From a virus: DNA of 43,063 nucleotides. Positions 8,321-17,175 of this stretch are shown here, in pieces. A program made the translations under genes and the position numbers. Below the pieces are notes generated by a model. That model had not been told where the DNA came from. It saw only the letters and a program-made list of their open reading frames with translations, and searched no databases. The stretch lies in the IMG/VR virus record IMGVR_UViG_3300006904_000002; one strand, 5' to 3'. Position 1 is the stretch's first letter; each line of letters opens with the position of its first letter.

Positions 8321-11300
8321 ATGAACCGTAACCAATATATAGATCCATTTGAAACTCCTACACCTACTCCAACTACTGAGACTAATGCTCAGAGTAGGGG
8401 TTATGTTGATCCATATGAGGACAAGCAAGAGTCTAAACTTGATCCATATATTAATAAAGTTACTGAAACTATAGCATCTATTCCGGGTGCCCAAAAGACT
8501 ATATCTACTATTGCCCCTGCATTAGACTTTCTATCAAGACCTAGTTATGCAGTAAATAAATTCATATCTGAATATCAGAAACCAGAAGGAGAATTACTCA
8601 GTTCAGTAGCATCAGCTTTTACTGAACTATTTGCTACTGGAACTAAAAGAGCTAAGCTAAGTTACTCAGATGTTATTAGACAGAAAGACCCTGAGTTTGC
8701 TTATAATAATCCTACTGCTACGCAGCTTATTGGTTTTGTAGGTGATGTTGCTCTTGATCCTACAACTTACTTAGGTGTAGGTACTGTAGGTAAAGGAATA
8801 AAAGTTGCTGGTGGTTCACTCAATAAAGCTGGAACTAATATAGTTAAAGAACTACTTCCTACTCTATCAAGAAAAGTATTTGTTGATAAAGGTGGAACAC
8901 TTCAACTTATTCAGGAATTACCTAAAGCAGAGAAAGCAGCAAGCAGAATAACTAAGTTAGCTGAAGGATTTGAAAAGAGAGTTAAAGATTCTGCTGTAGT
9001 TGATGATGCAGGAGAACTTATTCCATTGTATAGAGCTACTAATGCTCCTATAGAAAAGATTAAAGGTAGACAAGGAATACAAGAATTATATTTCACTACA
9101 CTACCAGAAGTTGCAGACATTTATGCTCAAGAGGCTGGATCATCAGTAGTCAAAGCATTTAGTAATGCTAAGAAGTTACTTGATATGACTGCTGAACCTA
9201 CAGAAGATTTAATTAAAATTAGTGAGAGACTAGGATTACCAGTAGAAATAGGATCAACTACAGAAGATATAGTAAATGGAATAAGAAATAAACTTAGTAC
9301 TGAACCATTAATTGGTCAGAACAAACTTATTGAAGAACTTAAGAAGTCTGGATTTCAAGGAATGAAATTTATGTCTGATGATGGTGGTATTCTTCATCAG
9401 CAATACCTTATCTTCAATGAAAGAAATATTATTCCAGCTTATACAAGTAAAGGTTTAACTGCTTCTAAACAAGTTAAAGAAGGTACAGGAGCGATTGATA
9501 AACTAGAGAAAGCTAAAGCAGAACTTACTCAAAGAGGATACTTTGATGCAGTAGCAGAGAAGCAAGGAGAATTAAATAAAGTATTTAATAACATACTTCA
9601 AGGAAGTACTACAGCTACTACAGATAAGCTAGCAAGTGATTTAGCTAAAGTAGAAGTCTTAACTGATCTTACTAGGGTAGCTAGAAATACTGCAAAAGAA
9701 ACACTTACTGAGAATGAAGTAGTTGAAAGATTGACTACAAGAATGACTAAACTTGTAGAAACTAATCCATCTTTAATTAATCAATTGCTTGAACCTAAAG
9801 GATTGTATCTTAAACTAGGTACTCCATTCGGTAAGCAGATACCAATTACTAGAATATTTGGTACTGAATATCTAGCTAAGCAAATTAAAGTACTTAGTGA
9901 TTATATTACTGAATCAAATAAGTTTATACCTAAGTCATTAGGTACTATAGCTAGAACATTCAATAGAGACTTTGGATTACCAGAAGAGTATGTCAAGTTC
10001 AGAAATGAGTTAGAGAATGAACTTGGTTATCTATCTGATGAGATGGTAAGACAGACTAGAAAGCTATTCAAAGATATTAAACCTGAAGGTAGAGAACGCA
10101 TAGGACAAGCTATGCATTGGGCAGATGATGAGACTAGGAAACTAGAAGAGATTAGGAAAGCCTCTTCTGATCCTAACTTTAGAAACCTTACTGATGGAGA
10201 AGCAGCACAGATATTTCAACAAGGATCAGAGAAATACAAACTAACTCCTGAAGAGTTTGCAGTAATGTCAGGTATGCAGCAATCATATAAAGAAGCTGCT
10301 TTACTTGAGATGCGTGCTGGTCTACTTAGAACTAACTTACTTAATTATTCAGCAAGAGGATATGAAGTAATAGAGAATGCTGATGATATGTCTATCATTA
10401 CTAGGGGTAAGTATGGTAACTCTATACCACAACCTTATCTAGCATCTAGTAATCAAAGAAAATTTCTTACTAAAGCTGAAGCTGAAGCAGCTGGATTAAC
10501 TCCTGAGTTAGATGCAGCATTGCTCTATGCTCATAGAGTTCTTTCATCTCAAAGAGCATTAGCAATTAAATCATTTAAAGATTCAGTTACAGAACTATTT
10601 GGTACTTATGATCCTAAACTAAAGACTGCTCATACTGGAATACTACCCACTGCTGTACTTACAGATGAAGCTATAGCTAAGTTACCTGCTAAAGTTATTT
10701 CAGATATGAAGATGATAGGTAACTCTGTTATTCCATCTGGATTAAACGATGTACAGAGAAACATACTTAGATCAATAGATAAGATGCAAGGTATATGGAA
10801 GCGTGGAGCTACTACAATAAGACCTACTTTTGCTCCTAAGCAGCTTATATCAAATACCTTTCAATCTGCTATGGTACTTGGAACTAAAGCATTTAAAGCA
10901 TTTGATCCTAGAGTTGCTATTGATAGTGCTGTTTTGCTAATGCGTGGTGGTAAGCCACTAGATAACTTAGCTCCTTTTATTGGTAATTGGTTAGCTAAGA
11001 ACTTACAAGGTGCTGATTCAGTATTAGCTGGAAGAGTAGTACTACAGCGACACTTTGATGATGTCCTATCAGATGATTTCCTCAGTAAGTTTACTAAGAC
11101 TACTACACTAGGACAGCAATATAGTGGTACTGAGTTAGTTCAACTAATGAAAGAAAAAGGTATTATCAGAGGATTTGATTCTACTGGTGAATCATTTAGT
11201 AAGAAGGTAGGAGAGTCTATAACAAGACAATCTGATTCTCATTGGAGAGTAGTAAAAGAACTAAGTAAAGTTTGGAATCACGCTGGATTCATAGAAGACT

Positions 11301-12433
11301 ATTCAAGATCAATGCTATTCTTAAATGGTATAGGTATGGGATATTCAGCAGATGAAGCAGTTAAGTTAGTTAATAAGGCTCTATTTGATTATCAAAGAGG
11401 ATTGTCTGCAATAGAGAAAAGTGTAATTCGTAGAACATTACCTTTCTATTCATTCCAGAGATTTGCTATTCCATTTGTTCTAAAACAGACTTTGAATAGA
11501 CCAGGAGATGTAGCTACTCTTGAAAAGCTATTCAGAACTACAGAGAAGTTACTTACTTCAGGTGAAGAATTAACTCCTGCTGAAGAGAACATATTTAATC
11601 AGAAAGGTAATAACTTCTTACTTGAACAACCTAGATTACTTAGTGGATTTGATAAGACTGGAACATCTACACTAAATGTACTTAATAACTTTACACCTTG
11701 GGATGTATTGAACTTACTTACATATGATAAAGAAGGTAATGTAGATGTAGCTAGAACAGCAGAAAGAACGTTCTTATCTGCCATGACTCCATTCTTAAAG
11801 ATACCTGCTTCCTTTGCAGCTAATAGAGATTTCTTTACTGGAAGAACTATAGAAGAAGCAAGTAGAATATCAGGTAACTTAGATTATTCCATTGGTAAAG
11901 TTCTACCAGATTGGGCTAAGGATTTAGTTAGGTTTGAAACTAGAACTAATGAAATTACCGGTAAGACTACAACTTACTTGAATCCATATATTAGTTATTA
12001 TTCAATGCAGTTTGTACCATCATTGAGAGAATACATTAAACCTTTAACTGATCTTGATAAAGTTAATGGTAACTTTATTACAAGTGCTGTTCATTATGTT
12101 AGGAAACTTATTGATCCTATTAATGAACAAAAGTATGATTTTGAATATCAACAACAATCTGAGTTATTCTCTACTATAAAAGATTTGAATGATATTAATA
12201 AAGGATTCGTTAAAGCTAAACTTAAAGGTGATGCAGTAGGTAAAGATACATCATTTGAATTTGAAGATAACTTACTTAGACTTCAAAGATTCCTTGAAGT
12301 TATAGATGAGAGAGATAAAGCAAGAGCTAATTCAACAGTACGTGGTGTAGGTATGACTGGTACTACTACTAATATTCCACCTGATACAGTACCTAGTGAA
12401 GTACCACCAGTACAGGAACCTAGTTTTAAATAA
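8321..12433 (+). CDS. Large internal virion / DNA-ejection protein (1370 aa), with a possible ART-like N-terminal module
   Basis: Largest ORF in the window and third of the trio. Size is comparable to T7 gp16-class proteins. See the finding for the LYRAT / YFTT segment. Confidence 0.5.
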   Translation: MNRNQYIDPFETPTPTPTTETNAQSRGYVDPYEDKQESKLDPYINKVTETIASIPGAQKTISTIAPALDFLSRPSYAVNKFISEYQKPEGELLSSVASAFTELFATGTKRAKLSYSDVIRQKDPEFAYNNPTATQLIGFVGDVALDPTTYLGVGTVGKGIKVAGGSLNKAGTNIVKELLPTLSRKVFVDKGGTLQLIQELPKAEKAASRITKLAEGFEKRVKDSAVVDDAGELIPLYRATNAPIEKIKGRQGIQELYFTTLPEVADIYAQEAGSSVVKAFSNAKKLLDMTAEPTEDLIKISERLGLPVEIGSTTEDIVNGIRNKLSTEPLIGQNKLIEELKKSGFQGMKFMSDDGGILHQQYLIFNERNIIPAYTSKGLTASKQVKEGTGAIDKLEKAKAELTQRGYFDAVAEKQGELNKVFNNILQGSTTATTDKLASDLAKVEVLTDLTRVARNTAKETLTENEVVERLTTRMTKLVETNPSLINQLLEPKGLYLKLGTPFGKQIPITRIFGTEYLAKQIKVLSDYITESNKFIPKSLGTIARTFNRDFGLPEEYVKFRNELENELGYLSDEMVRQTRKLFKDIKPEGRERIGQAMHWADDETRKLEEIRKASSDPNFRNLTDGEAAQIFQQGSEKYKLTPEEFAVMSGMQQSYKEAALLEMRAGLLRTNLLNYSARGYEVIENADDMSIITRGKYGNSIPQPYLASSNQRKFLTKAEAEAAGLTPELDAALLYAHRVLSSQRALAIKSFKDSVTELFGTYDPKLKTAHTGILPTAVLTDEAIAKLPAKVISDMKMIGNSVIPSGLNDVQRNILRSIDKMQGIWKRGATTIRPTFAPKQLISNTFQSAMVLGTKAFKAFDPRVAIDSAVLLMRGGKPLDNLAPFIGNWLAKNLQGADSVLAGRVVLQRHFDDVLSDDFLSKFTKTTTLGQQYSGTELVQLMKEKGIIRGFDSTGESFSKKVGESITRQSDSHWRVVKELSKVWNHAGFIEDYSRSMLFLNGIGMGYSADEAVKLVNKALFDYQRGLSAIEKSVIRRTLPFYSFQRFAIPFVLKQTLNRPGDVATLEKLFRTTEKLLTSGEELTPAEENIFNQKGNNFLLEQPRLLSGFDKTGTSTLNVLNNFTPWDVLNLLTYDKEGNVDVARTAERTFLSAMTPFLKIPASFAANRDFFTGRTIEEASRISGNLDYSIGKVLPDWAKDLVRFETRTNEITGKTTTYLNPYISYYSMQFVPSLREYIKPLTDLDKVNGNFITSAVHYVRKLIDPINEQKYDFEYQQQSELFSTIKDLNDINKGFVKAKLKGDAVGKDTSFEFEDNLLRLQRFLEVIDERDKARANSTVRGVGMTGTTTNIPPDTVPSEVPPVQEPSFK

Positions 12434-12441
12434 TTTAGAGT

Positions 12442-12792
12442 ATGAGAACACAAAGAAAATATAATGAAATATACAATAGAGGAACTATCACACCTTATGC
12501 TGGTGGTGATTCCTACTTTGCTGCTCCTGTAATATCTAATATTCAAGTAATTAATATAGGTGCTAATCAAGTTACAATTACTTGGGATACAAACATAGCA
12601 TCAGATAGTAGAGTTAGAATAGGATTGACTGCTGATTATACTTCAATTACTATTCAAGCTGAATCTGTGATTAACCATTCAGTTACAATAACTGGATTAA
12701 CTACTGCAACTTTATATCATTATCAAGTACAATCTAAATCTCTTAATACACAAGTTGGTAGATCAGCAGATGCTACCTTTACAACTAGCTAG
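12442..12792 (+). CDS. Stand-alone fibronectin-type-III-like domain protein
   Basis: ISNIQVINIGANQVTITWDTNIASDSRVRIG...HSVTITGLTTATLYHYQVQS matches the FN3 / purple-acid-phosphatase-N pattern. Confidence 0.55.
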   Translation: MRTQRKYNEIYNRGTITPYAGGDSYFAAPVISNIQVINIGANQVTITWDTNIASDSRVRIGLTADYTSITIQAESVINHSVTITGLTTATLYHYQVQSKSLNTQVGRSADATFTTS

Positions 12793-12795
12793 ATT

Positions 12796-13509
12796 ATGCC
12801 AAAGATAAGACGTAAAACATTAGTAGGAGCGCAGATGTATGGTCTACTTTTAGGTGGATCATTTGATTACTTTGATGATTCAACACCTGCTCCTGTCATA
12901 CCATCTTTCATTTCTGGTGTAACTGTTACCTATGCAGTAAGAACTAACACAGCTTACAACGGATTATCTAGTATACAGAATGGTGATAACATATACATAT
13001 ACCATGAGATAGGTGGATCAACTGGTAGCGTTCCTGTTCCTACTACACCAGCAGGATTTAGTTTACAAGCTGGTTATCCACTAACTAGATCAGATGGTGG
13101 ATTCAGTGTACAAACTTATTTGTATAAGAAAGTGGCATCAAGTGAAAGTGGTAATTATACAGTTACCCACTCTAATACACAAAGTACAGGCTTTGCCTTC
13201 TGTATACGTGGTGGTACTTTAGATAAAATAAGTACTGGTAATGGTGCAGCACCTAATTCTAGTATCTCTGGATTTACTGTATCTGCTGCTAATAGTATGG
13301 TTGTCTACTTAATAGGTGGTTGGGACTTAGTTATGGAATTAATTACACCACCAAGTAATCTCTCATTCACTCTGAGAAATACCCCTGATGATTCATTGTT
13401 ATGGGTTGGTACAGCAAGTGGTGTATCAGGAGCTACAGGTAACTTTGATTCATCTAACCTACCTAATGCTGTTTGGGCAGCAACGGCTTTTTCACTACAG
13501 CCTAGCTAA
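12796..13509 (+). CDS. Tail fibre / receptor-binding candidate
   Basis: Last large structural ORF. S/T/G-rich and beta-rich. Assigned by position only. Confidence 0.3.
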   Translation: MPKIRRKTLVGAQMYGLLLGGSFDYFDDSTPAPVIPSFISGVTVTYAVRTNTAYNGLSSIQNGDNIYIYHEIGGSTGSVPVPTTPAGFSLQAGYPLTRSDGGFSVQTYLYKKVASSESGNYTVTHSNTQSTGFAFCIRGGTLDKISTGNGAAPNSSISGFTVSAANSMVVYLIGGWDLVMELITPPSNLSFTLRNTPDDSLLWVGTASGVSGATGNFDSSNLPNAVWAATAFSLQPS

Positions 13510-13543
13510 TAAACTTTCCCCCCACAATAAAGGAAGGTTCTCT

Positions 13544-13642
13544 TTGAAATATAGTAAGGACAAACTCAGCATAATTTTAGGGATGATTTTATTCTTTGTA
13601 CTAACAGGTATAGCAATATACCTAAAATACTTTAATCAATAG
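13544..13642 (+). CDS. 32-aa single-pass membrane peptide (TTG start)
   Basis: AAGGAAGG lies 6 nt upstream of TTG 13544. Sequence is LKYSKDKLSIILGMILFFVLTGIAIYLKYFNQ. This is the non-overlapping tail of track ORF 13388..13642. Confidence 0.4.
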   Translation: MKYSKDKLSIILGMILFFVLTGIAIYLKYFNQ

Positions 13643-13656
13643 AGGTTCCTCACAAT

Positions 13657-13911
13657 ATGGAATTTAAGATAAATATTAGTCAGATTATTGGTTCTCTAGT
13701 TCAAGCAGTAGCTTACTCTATAGTTGTACTCAGTGTAGTTTGGAGAGCATCTAAGAGAGTAACTGAGATGGAACATAAGGTTAGCAATGCACTTGAAAAG
13801 ATAGCTGAGACTAATAAAAGAATGGAGAGTACGTTTGATAAGATTGATAAGACCTTTGAAAAGATGGATGAAAAGTTAGATAGGAAGGAAGAAAAGAAGG
13901 GTAGGATTTAA
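13657..13911 (+). CDS. Membrane-anchored coiled-coil protein (holin/spanin-like lysis candidate)
   Basis: N-terminal TM segment IIGSLVQAVAYSIVVLSVVW followed by a charged coiled coil. Last gene of the late arm. Confidence 0.4.
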   Translation: MEFKINISQIIGSLVQAVAYSIVVLSVVWRASKRVTEMEHKVSNALEKIAETNKRMESTFDKIDKTFEKMDEKLDRKEEKKGRI

Positions 13912-13922
13912 ATCCTACCCTT
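13897..13922. terminator. Bidirectional terminator: perfect 26-nt palindrome at the convergence of the two arms
   Basis: AAGGGTAGGATTT|AAATCCTACCCTT with every position paired. It spans the stop codon at 13909-13911 and lies 10 nt from the minus-strand stop at 13932. Confidence 0.7.
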
Positions 13923-13931
13923 CTGCTTTAG

Positions 13932-14141
13932 TTAGTTTGGTTCTTTACATTGAATTCTACCAGTACAACCATTGTCCATTTCTTTAATACTCACAAACTC
14001 AACCTCATAGTATTCTTTGTGGTGTTCCTCAAGAAACTCATCTATCTTTTTTGATAACCAATCCTCATCAGAGTTATAGTTTAGAATTTCTCCTATAGCA
14101 TTCTCAATAAACTCTTTCTCAGTCATTCTTACTCCTTTCAT
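13932..14141 (-). CDS. Hypothetical protein (acidic, 69 aa)
   Basis: ORF in the track; last gene of the minus arm. Confidence 0.55.
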   Translation of the reverse strand: MKGVRMTEKEFIENAIGEILNYNSDEDWLSKKIDEFLEEHHKEYYEVEFVSIKEMDNGCTGRIQCKEPN

Positions 14142-14292
14142 CTAAGAACTTTGGAATATGATCTTTTACATTTCCCATAGGATCATAATGTGCTATTACA
14201 TAGTCAACAAATTCATTAAGTAATTTGGTTTGATTCTCTCTAAATCTCCTATTACTTTCTTCAATTTGTTCCAACTGTTCTTGTTCTTCCAT
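14119..14292 (-). CDS. Hypothetical protein (57 aa)
   Basis: Start moved to ATG 14292, preceded by CAGGAG. The track start at 14331 is a TTG. Confidence 0.5.
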   Translation of the reverse strand: MEEQEQLEQIEESNRRFRENQTKLLNEFVDYVIAHYDPMGNVKDHIPKFLDERSKND

Positions 14293-14440
14293 CTGTAATC
14301 TCCTGTTGAATAAACACTTTGAGTCTATCAATAAACTCTTGTGCTTCTGTCATACTGTCAAACTTAGTTGTATAGTCTACTACTACTTTCTTATCTTCTA
14401 CATCGAAACTAATCTCTATCTTGCTATCCTCTAACTTCAT
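14261..14440 (-). CDS. Hypothetical protein (59 aa; below the track cutoff)
   Basis: ATG 14440 lies 2 nt after the upstream stop. Hand translation: MKLEDSKIEISFDVEDKKVVVDYTTKFDSMTEAQEFIDRLKVFIQQEITDGRTRTVGTN. Confidence 0.45.
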   Translation of the reverse strand: MKLEDSKIEISFDVEDKKVVVDYTTKFDSMTEAQEFIDRLKVFIQQEITDGRTRTVGTN

Positions 14441-14442
14441 AA

Positions 14443-14868
14443 CTAATCTTTCTGAGGATCATTAGATTTAGCATCAAGGTGTCCATTGCTTATATTAAAT
14501 TCTCTCATCAGTCTATTTACGCTATTAATAAGTATATCTAAGTTAGCATTCATTGTTTCTACTCTAGCACACAAAGTTGAATAATTTATAGTCTTAGCTA
14601 TTCTCTTATCACCTTTAACAAAAGGCTTACCACCATTAGCACCACCGGGTTTACCTTTCTCAAATCTTATATCATCCTTGTATACCCATCTCTCAAATAC
14701 CTTTTCTTTTGAGATATTAAATCTAGCAACTTTCTGTCTAATATTAGAATCAGAACAATTCCATATTTTCATTAATGCTTCAGTAGTAAAATATCTTCCA
14801 TCAGGAAATTGAAAGTAATCTTTACCTTTCACCAATTCATTATTATTAATCATTTCTGTACTTGTCAT
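14443..14868 (-). CDS. Putative DNA-binding protein
   Basis: HTH-like segment TTEALMKIWNCSDSNIRQKVARF. Start/stop overlap with the upstream HTH gene. Confidence 0.35.
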   Translation of the reverse strand: MTSTEMINNNELVKGKDYFQFPDGRYFTTEALMKIWNCSDSNIRQKVARFNISKEKVFERWVYKDDIRFEKGKPGGANGGKPFVKGDKRIAKTINYSTLCARVETMNANLDILINSVNRLMREFNISNGHLDAKSNDPQKD

Positions 14869-15071
14869 TAGTAACTCTCCTTAAATGTTTCAAGTTTAAC
14901 TTCTAATCTCTTTAGTGCAAGACCTAGCATAACTTTGTGTCTACATTGTACTCTACCAGTAAGCCAACTATTAAAGGTATTTGCTGGTATATCTAAATGT
15001 CTTGCAATATCAGCTTGAGATATATTAAACTTAGTTTGCAACTCTTTTACTATTTGTATAATATCTTCCAT
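14868..15071 (-). CDS. XRE/Cro-type helix-turn-helix regulator
   Basis: ISQADIARHLDIPANTFNSWLTGR. Confidence 0.6.
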   Translation of the reverse strand: MEDIIQIVKELQTKFNISQADIARHLDIPANTFNSWLTGRVQCRHKVMLGLALKRLEVKLETFKESY

Positions 15072-15072
15072 A

Positions 15073-15222
15073 TTATTTACTCGAACAAAATCCTAGAAGT
15101 ACAATTGCAGTAATAGCAATAGCTAATACTACAGTCAAAGACCAACCACTATTTTGTTTCTTTTCTTTCATATTATATCTCTTATTAACCTTATAATCTG
15201 TTGATCTGTAATGTGTCTTCAT
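15073..15222 (-). CDS. Small C-terminally anchored membrane protein (49 aa; below the track cutoff)
   Basis: Hand translation: MKTHYRSTDYKVNKRYNMKEKKQNSGWSLTVVLAIAITAIVLLGFCSSK. No clear SD; an internal ATG at 15171 is an alternative start. Confidence 0.4.
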   Translation of the reverse strand: MKTHYRSTDYKVNKRYNMKEKKQNSGWSLTVVLAIAITAIVLLGFCSSK

Positions 15223-15234
15223 ATGTTTAATTAA

Positions 15235-15262
15235 GGTAGGGTATTTAATTAAATACCCTACC
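15235..15262 (-). terminator. Intrinsic terminator after the SSB gene (perfect 28-nt palindrome)
   Basis: GGTAGGGTATTTAATTAAATACCCTACC lies 10 nt downstream of the stop at 15272. It is followed by TTAATTAAA on the minus strand. Confidence 0.6.
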
Positions 15263-15271
15263 TATTACTAA

Positions 15272-16330
15272 CTAAAACATCTCCTTACCAGTACGCTTAT
15301 TAATCAACTTACCATTAACAACTATAATCTCATCTCCCTCTTTCATTGGTTCAATACCAGTAGGTACTTGCTGTACTGGAATAGAGCTAGGCAGTACTTG
15401 ACTAGCCACAGGTTGAATAGGAGTATTCAACACTTGCACAGCAGTTTGGTATTGCTGACTAATAACCTGATCGCCCTTAATCTGATGTCCTTGAGCTTGC
15501 AATACTTTACCATGACACTGCTTAAGCAAATTAACTGCATCTTGATAAGTCTTAAAACCTTTAGCAACTACATTCTGTTCTAGATTGTGTGCTGTCTGAT
15601 CGCCTAGATTAAGTGGTGAAGTCTCACCAACAAACTGAATTACTGGATACCTTCTCTGCAATCCAGTACCAGTAGCTTGAACCATCACATCCCTACCAGC
15701 ATTCACATCAATATAATTCTCTCCACTCTTAGCCATCTTAGCAATACGAATAGAATTAATAATAGTACCAAATCCACCTTTACCTTGACGCCAAATATAA
15801 ACTTTATCATCTCCTGTATATTCTGTCCTTCTCCATATCACATTCCAGAAGTATGCTTCCCTTGCCCAAAACTTACTTCTAACTTCCTGTTCAACACCAT
15901 GCATATTAAGGAATGCATGAGCTTGACACCAAGGACAACCAAACTCCATATACTTCTTATAGTTCTCTTGATCCAACAATCTCTGTGCCCCAAGAAAGCT
16001 AATCAAACTATTCTCAGCTTTCTCTTGATCTGTCTTCTTACTTGTAAGATTCTCAAGCAAGTAACGCCAGCATACAATAGACCCAAACTGAGGTTTACCA
16101 CTAACTTCATCTTTAGTATTGAATGCGTGTTCCATAAGTTTAAGATATGGAAGTCTTTCAGTAGCATTACCACTAGGAACTATCCTAAGAGTATGAACAC
16201 CAGGATTAAGTTTAAGCCACACACTAGGCGACTTAACTCCATACTTACCAGTATTCAACTGTTTCTCAACATCAGCATTAATAGCATCCCAATTTACATC
16301 ATACGTTTGGTTCGGATTCATTTCATTCAT
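15272..16330 (-). CDS. T4 gp32-like single-stranded DNA-binding protein
   Basis: LRIVPSGNATERLPYLKLMEHAF...SIVCWRY...FGCPWCQ resembles the gp32 OB core with a His/Cys3 zinc site. Replication-module context. Confidence 0.55.
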   Translation of the reverse strand: MNEMNPNQTYDVNWDAINADVEKQLNTGKYGVKSPSVWLKLNPGVHTLRIVPSGNATERLPYLKLMEHAFNTKDEVSGKPQFGSIVCWRYLLENLTSKKTDQEKAENSLISFLGAQRLLDQENYKKYMEFGCPWCQAHAFLNMHGVEQEVRSKFWAREAYFWNVIWRRTEYTGDDKVYIWRQGKGGFGTIINSIRIAKMAKSGENYIDVNAGRDVMVQATGTGLQRRYPVIQFVGETSPLNLGDQTAHNLEQNVVAKGFKTYQDAVNLLKQCHGKVLQAQGHQIKGDQVISQQYQTAVQVLNTPIQPVASQVLPSSIPVQQVPTGIEPMKEGDEIIVVNGKLINKRTGKEMF

Positions 16331-16344
16331 TTGATTTAATCTCC

Positions 16345-16533
16345 TTAAAGTTCTTTCTTAATTACTATTGTTTCTAAATCATGGTCTATTTTGTCAATTG
16401 TAACTTCAGTATATTTATATCTAAAATCAGATTTTAATTCTTTTAATATTAATCTATATTTTAATATGTGATTTCCTATATCTAGCTCTATCGCTTCCTG
16501 TTCTATTAGATAATTAAATTCTTCAACTGTCAA
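16345..16533 (-). CDS. Hypothetical 62-aa protein (paralog-like to 16535..16729)
   Basis: ORF in the track. Shares the MT(V/L)xEF start and a similar ending (TIVIKK vs TITLKG) with its neighbour. Confidence 0.55.
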   Translation of the reverse strand: MTVEEFNYLIEQEAIELDIGNHILKYRLILKELKSDFRYKYTEVTIDKIDHDLETIVIKKEL

Positions 16534-16534
16534 T

Positions 16535-16729
16535 TTATCTTCCTTTCAATGTTATTGTTTTAGTATTAGTATTTATATCAATTTCAATTACTTCATCAAT
16601 TACATAGTGTGATTCATTACCTTGTTCTTCTTCATATTCAAATTGTAATTTATATTCATGTGGTAATATTTTATTTCCATCTAAATCATATTCAATTGTT
16701 ATATCTTGTAGAAATTCATTAAGTGTCAT
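16535..16729 (-). CDS. Hypothetical 64-aa protein
   Basis: ORF in the track, 1-nt spacing to the next gene. Confidence 0.55.
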   Translation of the reverse strand: MTLNEFLQDITIEYDLDGNKILPHEYKLQFEYEEEQGNESHYVIDEVIEIDINTNTKTITLKGR

Positions 16730-16737
16730 GTTCTCCT

Positions 16738-16932
16738 TTACAATTTCAAAGTAAGTTCCTTAATTGAATCAGAACTTGTTATATCCATAGCCAGTTTACC
16801 TAGCTGCATAAGACTATCCTCAGTCAACTCAACTATTATATAATCTTTTCCTACTCCAATCAAGTCTTTATTTACTTTCATATGAAAGAATACTGCATCT
16901 TTCCTTTCTAATGTAATTCTGTTATCTTCCAT
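16738..16932 (-). CDS. Hypothetical 64-aa protein
   Basis: ORF in the track, tightly packed. Confidence 0.55.
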   Translation of the reverse strand: MEDNRITLERKDAVFFHMKVNKDLIGVGKDYIIVELTEDSLMQLGKLAMDITSSDSIKELTLKL

Positions 16933-16933
16933 T

Positions 16934-17131
16934 CTACTCCTTTGGATTATGTATTTTAGTTTGTTGATAATTACTCGAAATCTCTCTACCTATTTCATGA
17001 AATATTTCTTCAACCATTGAAGTTAGAATCCATTCTAAATCTGCTTCTTGATGATAAAGAACAGGGTTATCAAGATCATGAGCATTAATAGTTCCAAGTA
17101 CTTTAGCTTTAATTATATCTTTAATTTCCAT
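16934..17131 (-). CDS. Hypothetical 65-aa protein
   Basis: ORF in the track, tightly packed. Confidence 0.55.
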   Translation of the reverse strand: MEIKDIIKAKVLGTINAHDLDNPVLYHQEADLEWILTSMVEEIFHEIGREISSNYQQTKIHNPKE

Positions 17132-17175
17132 TAGTAACCTTTCTTAATAAATGTATTATACAGATCAAGTATCCA

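Noticed and set aside
12283-12570. 95-aa minus-strand ORF spanning the end of the 1370-aa gene
   Set aside because: It is antisense to two tightly spaced, well-supported plus-strand genes. There is no SD and no minus-strand transcription context in this arm.
13388-13543. N-terminal part of track ORF 13388..13642
   Set aside because: It overlaps the 3' end of the fibre-like gene in another frame. Only the part after 13544 (SD plus TTG, TM peptide) is plausible.
15677-16339. 220-aa plus-strand ORF in the track
   Set aside because: It lies entirely antisense to the well-supported gp32-like SSB gene. Its product is low-complexity (I/L/N/S/T-rich) with no SD. This is the typical shadow ORF of an AT-rich genome.
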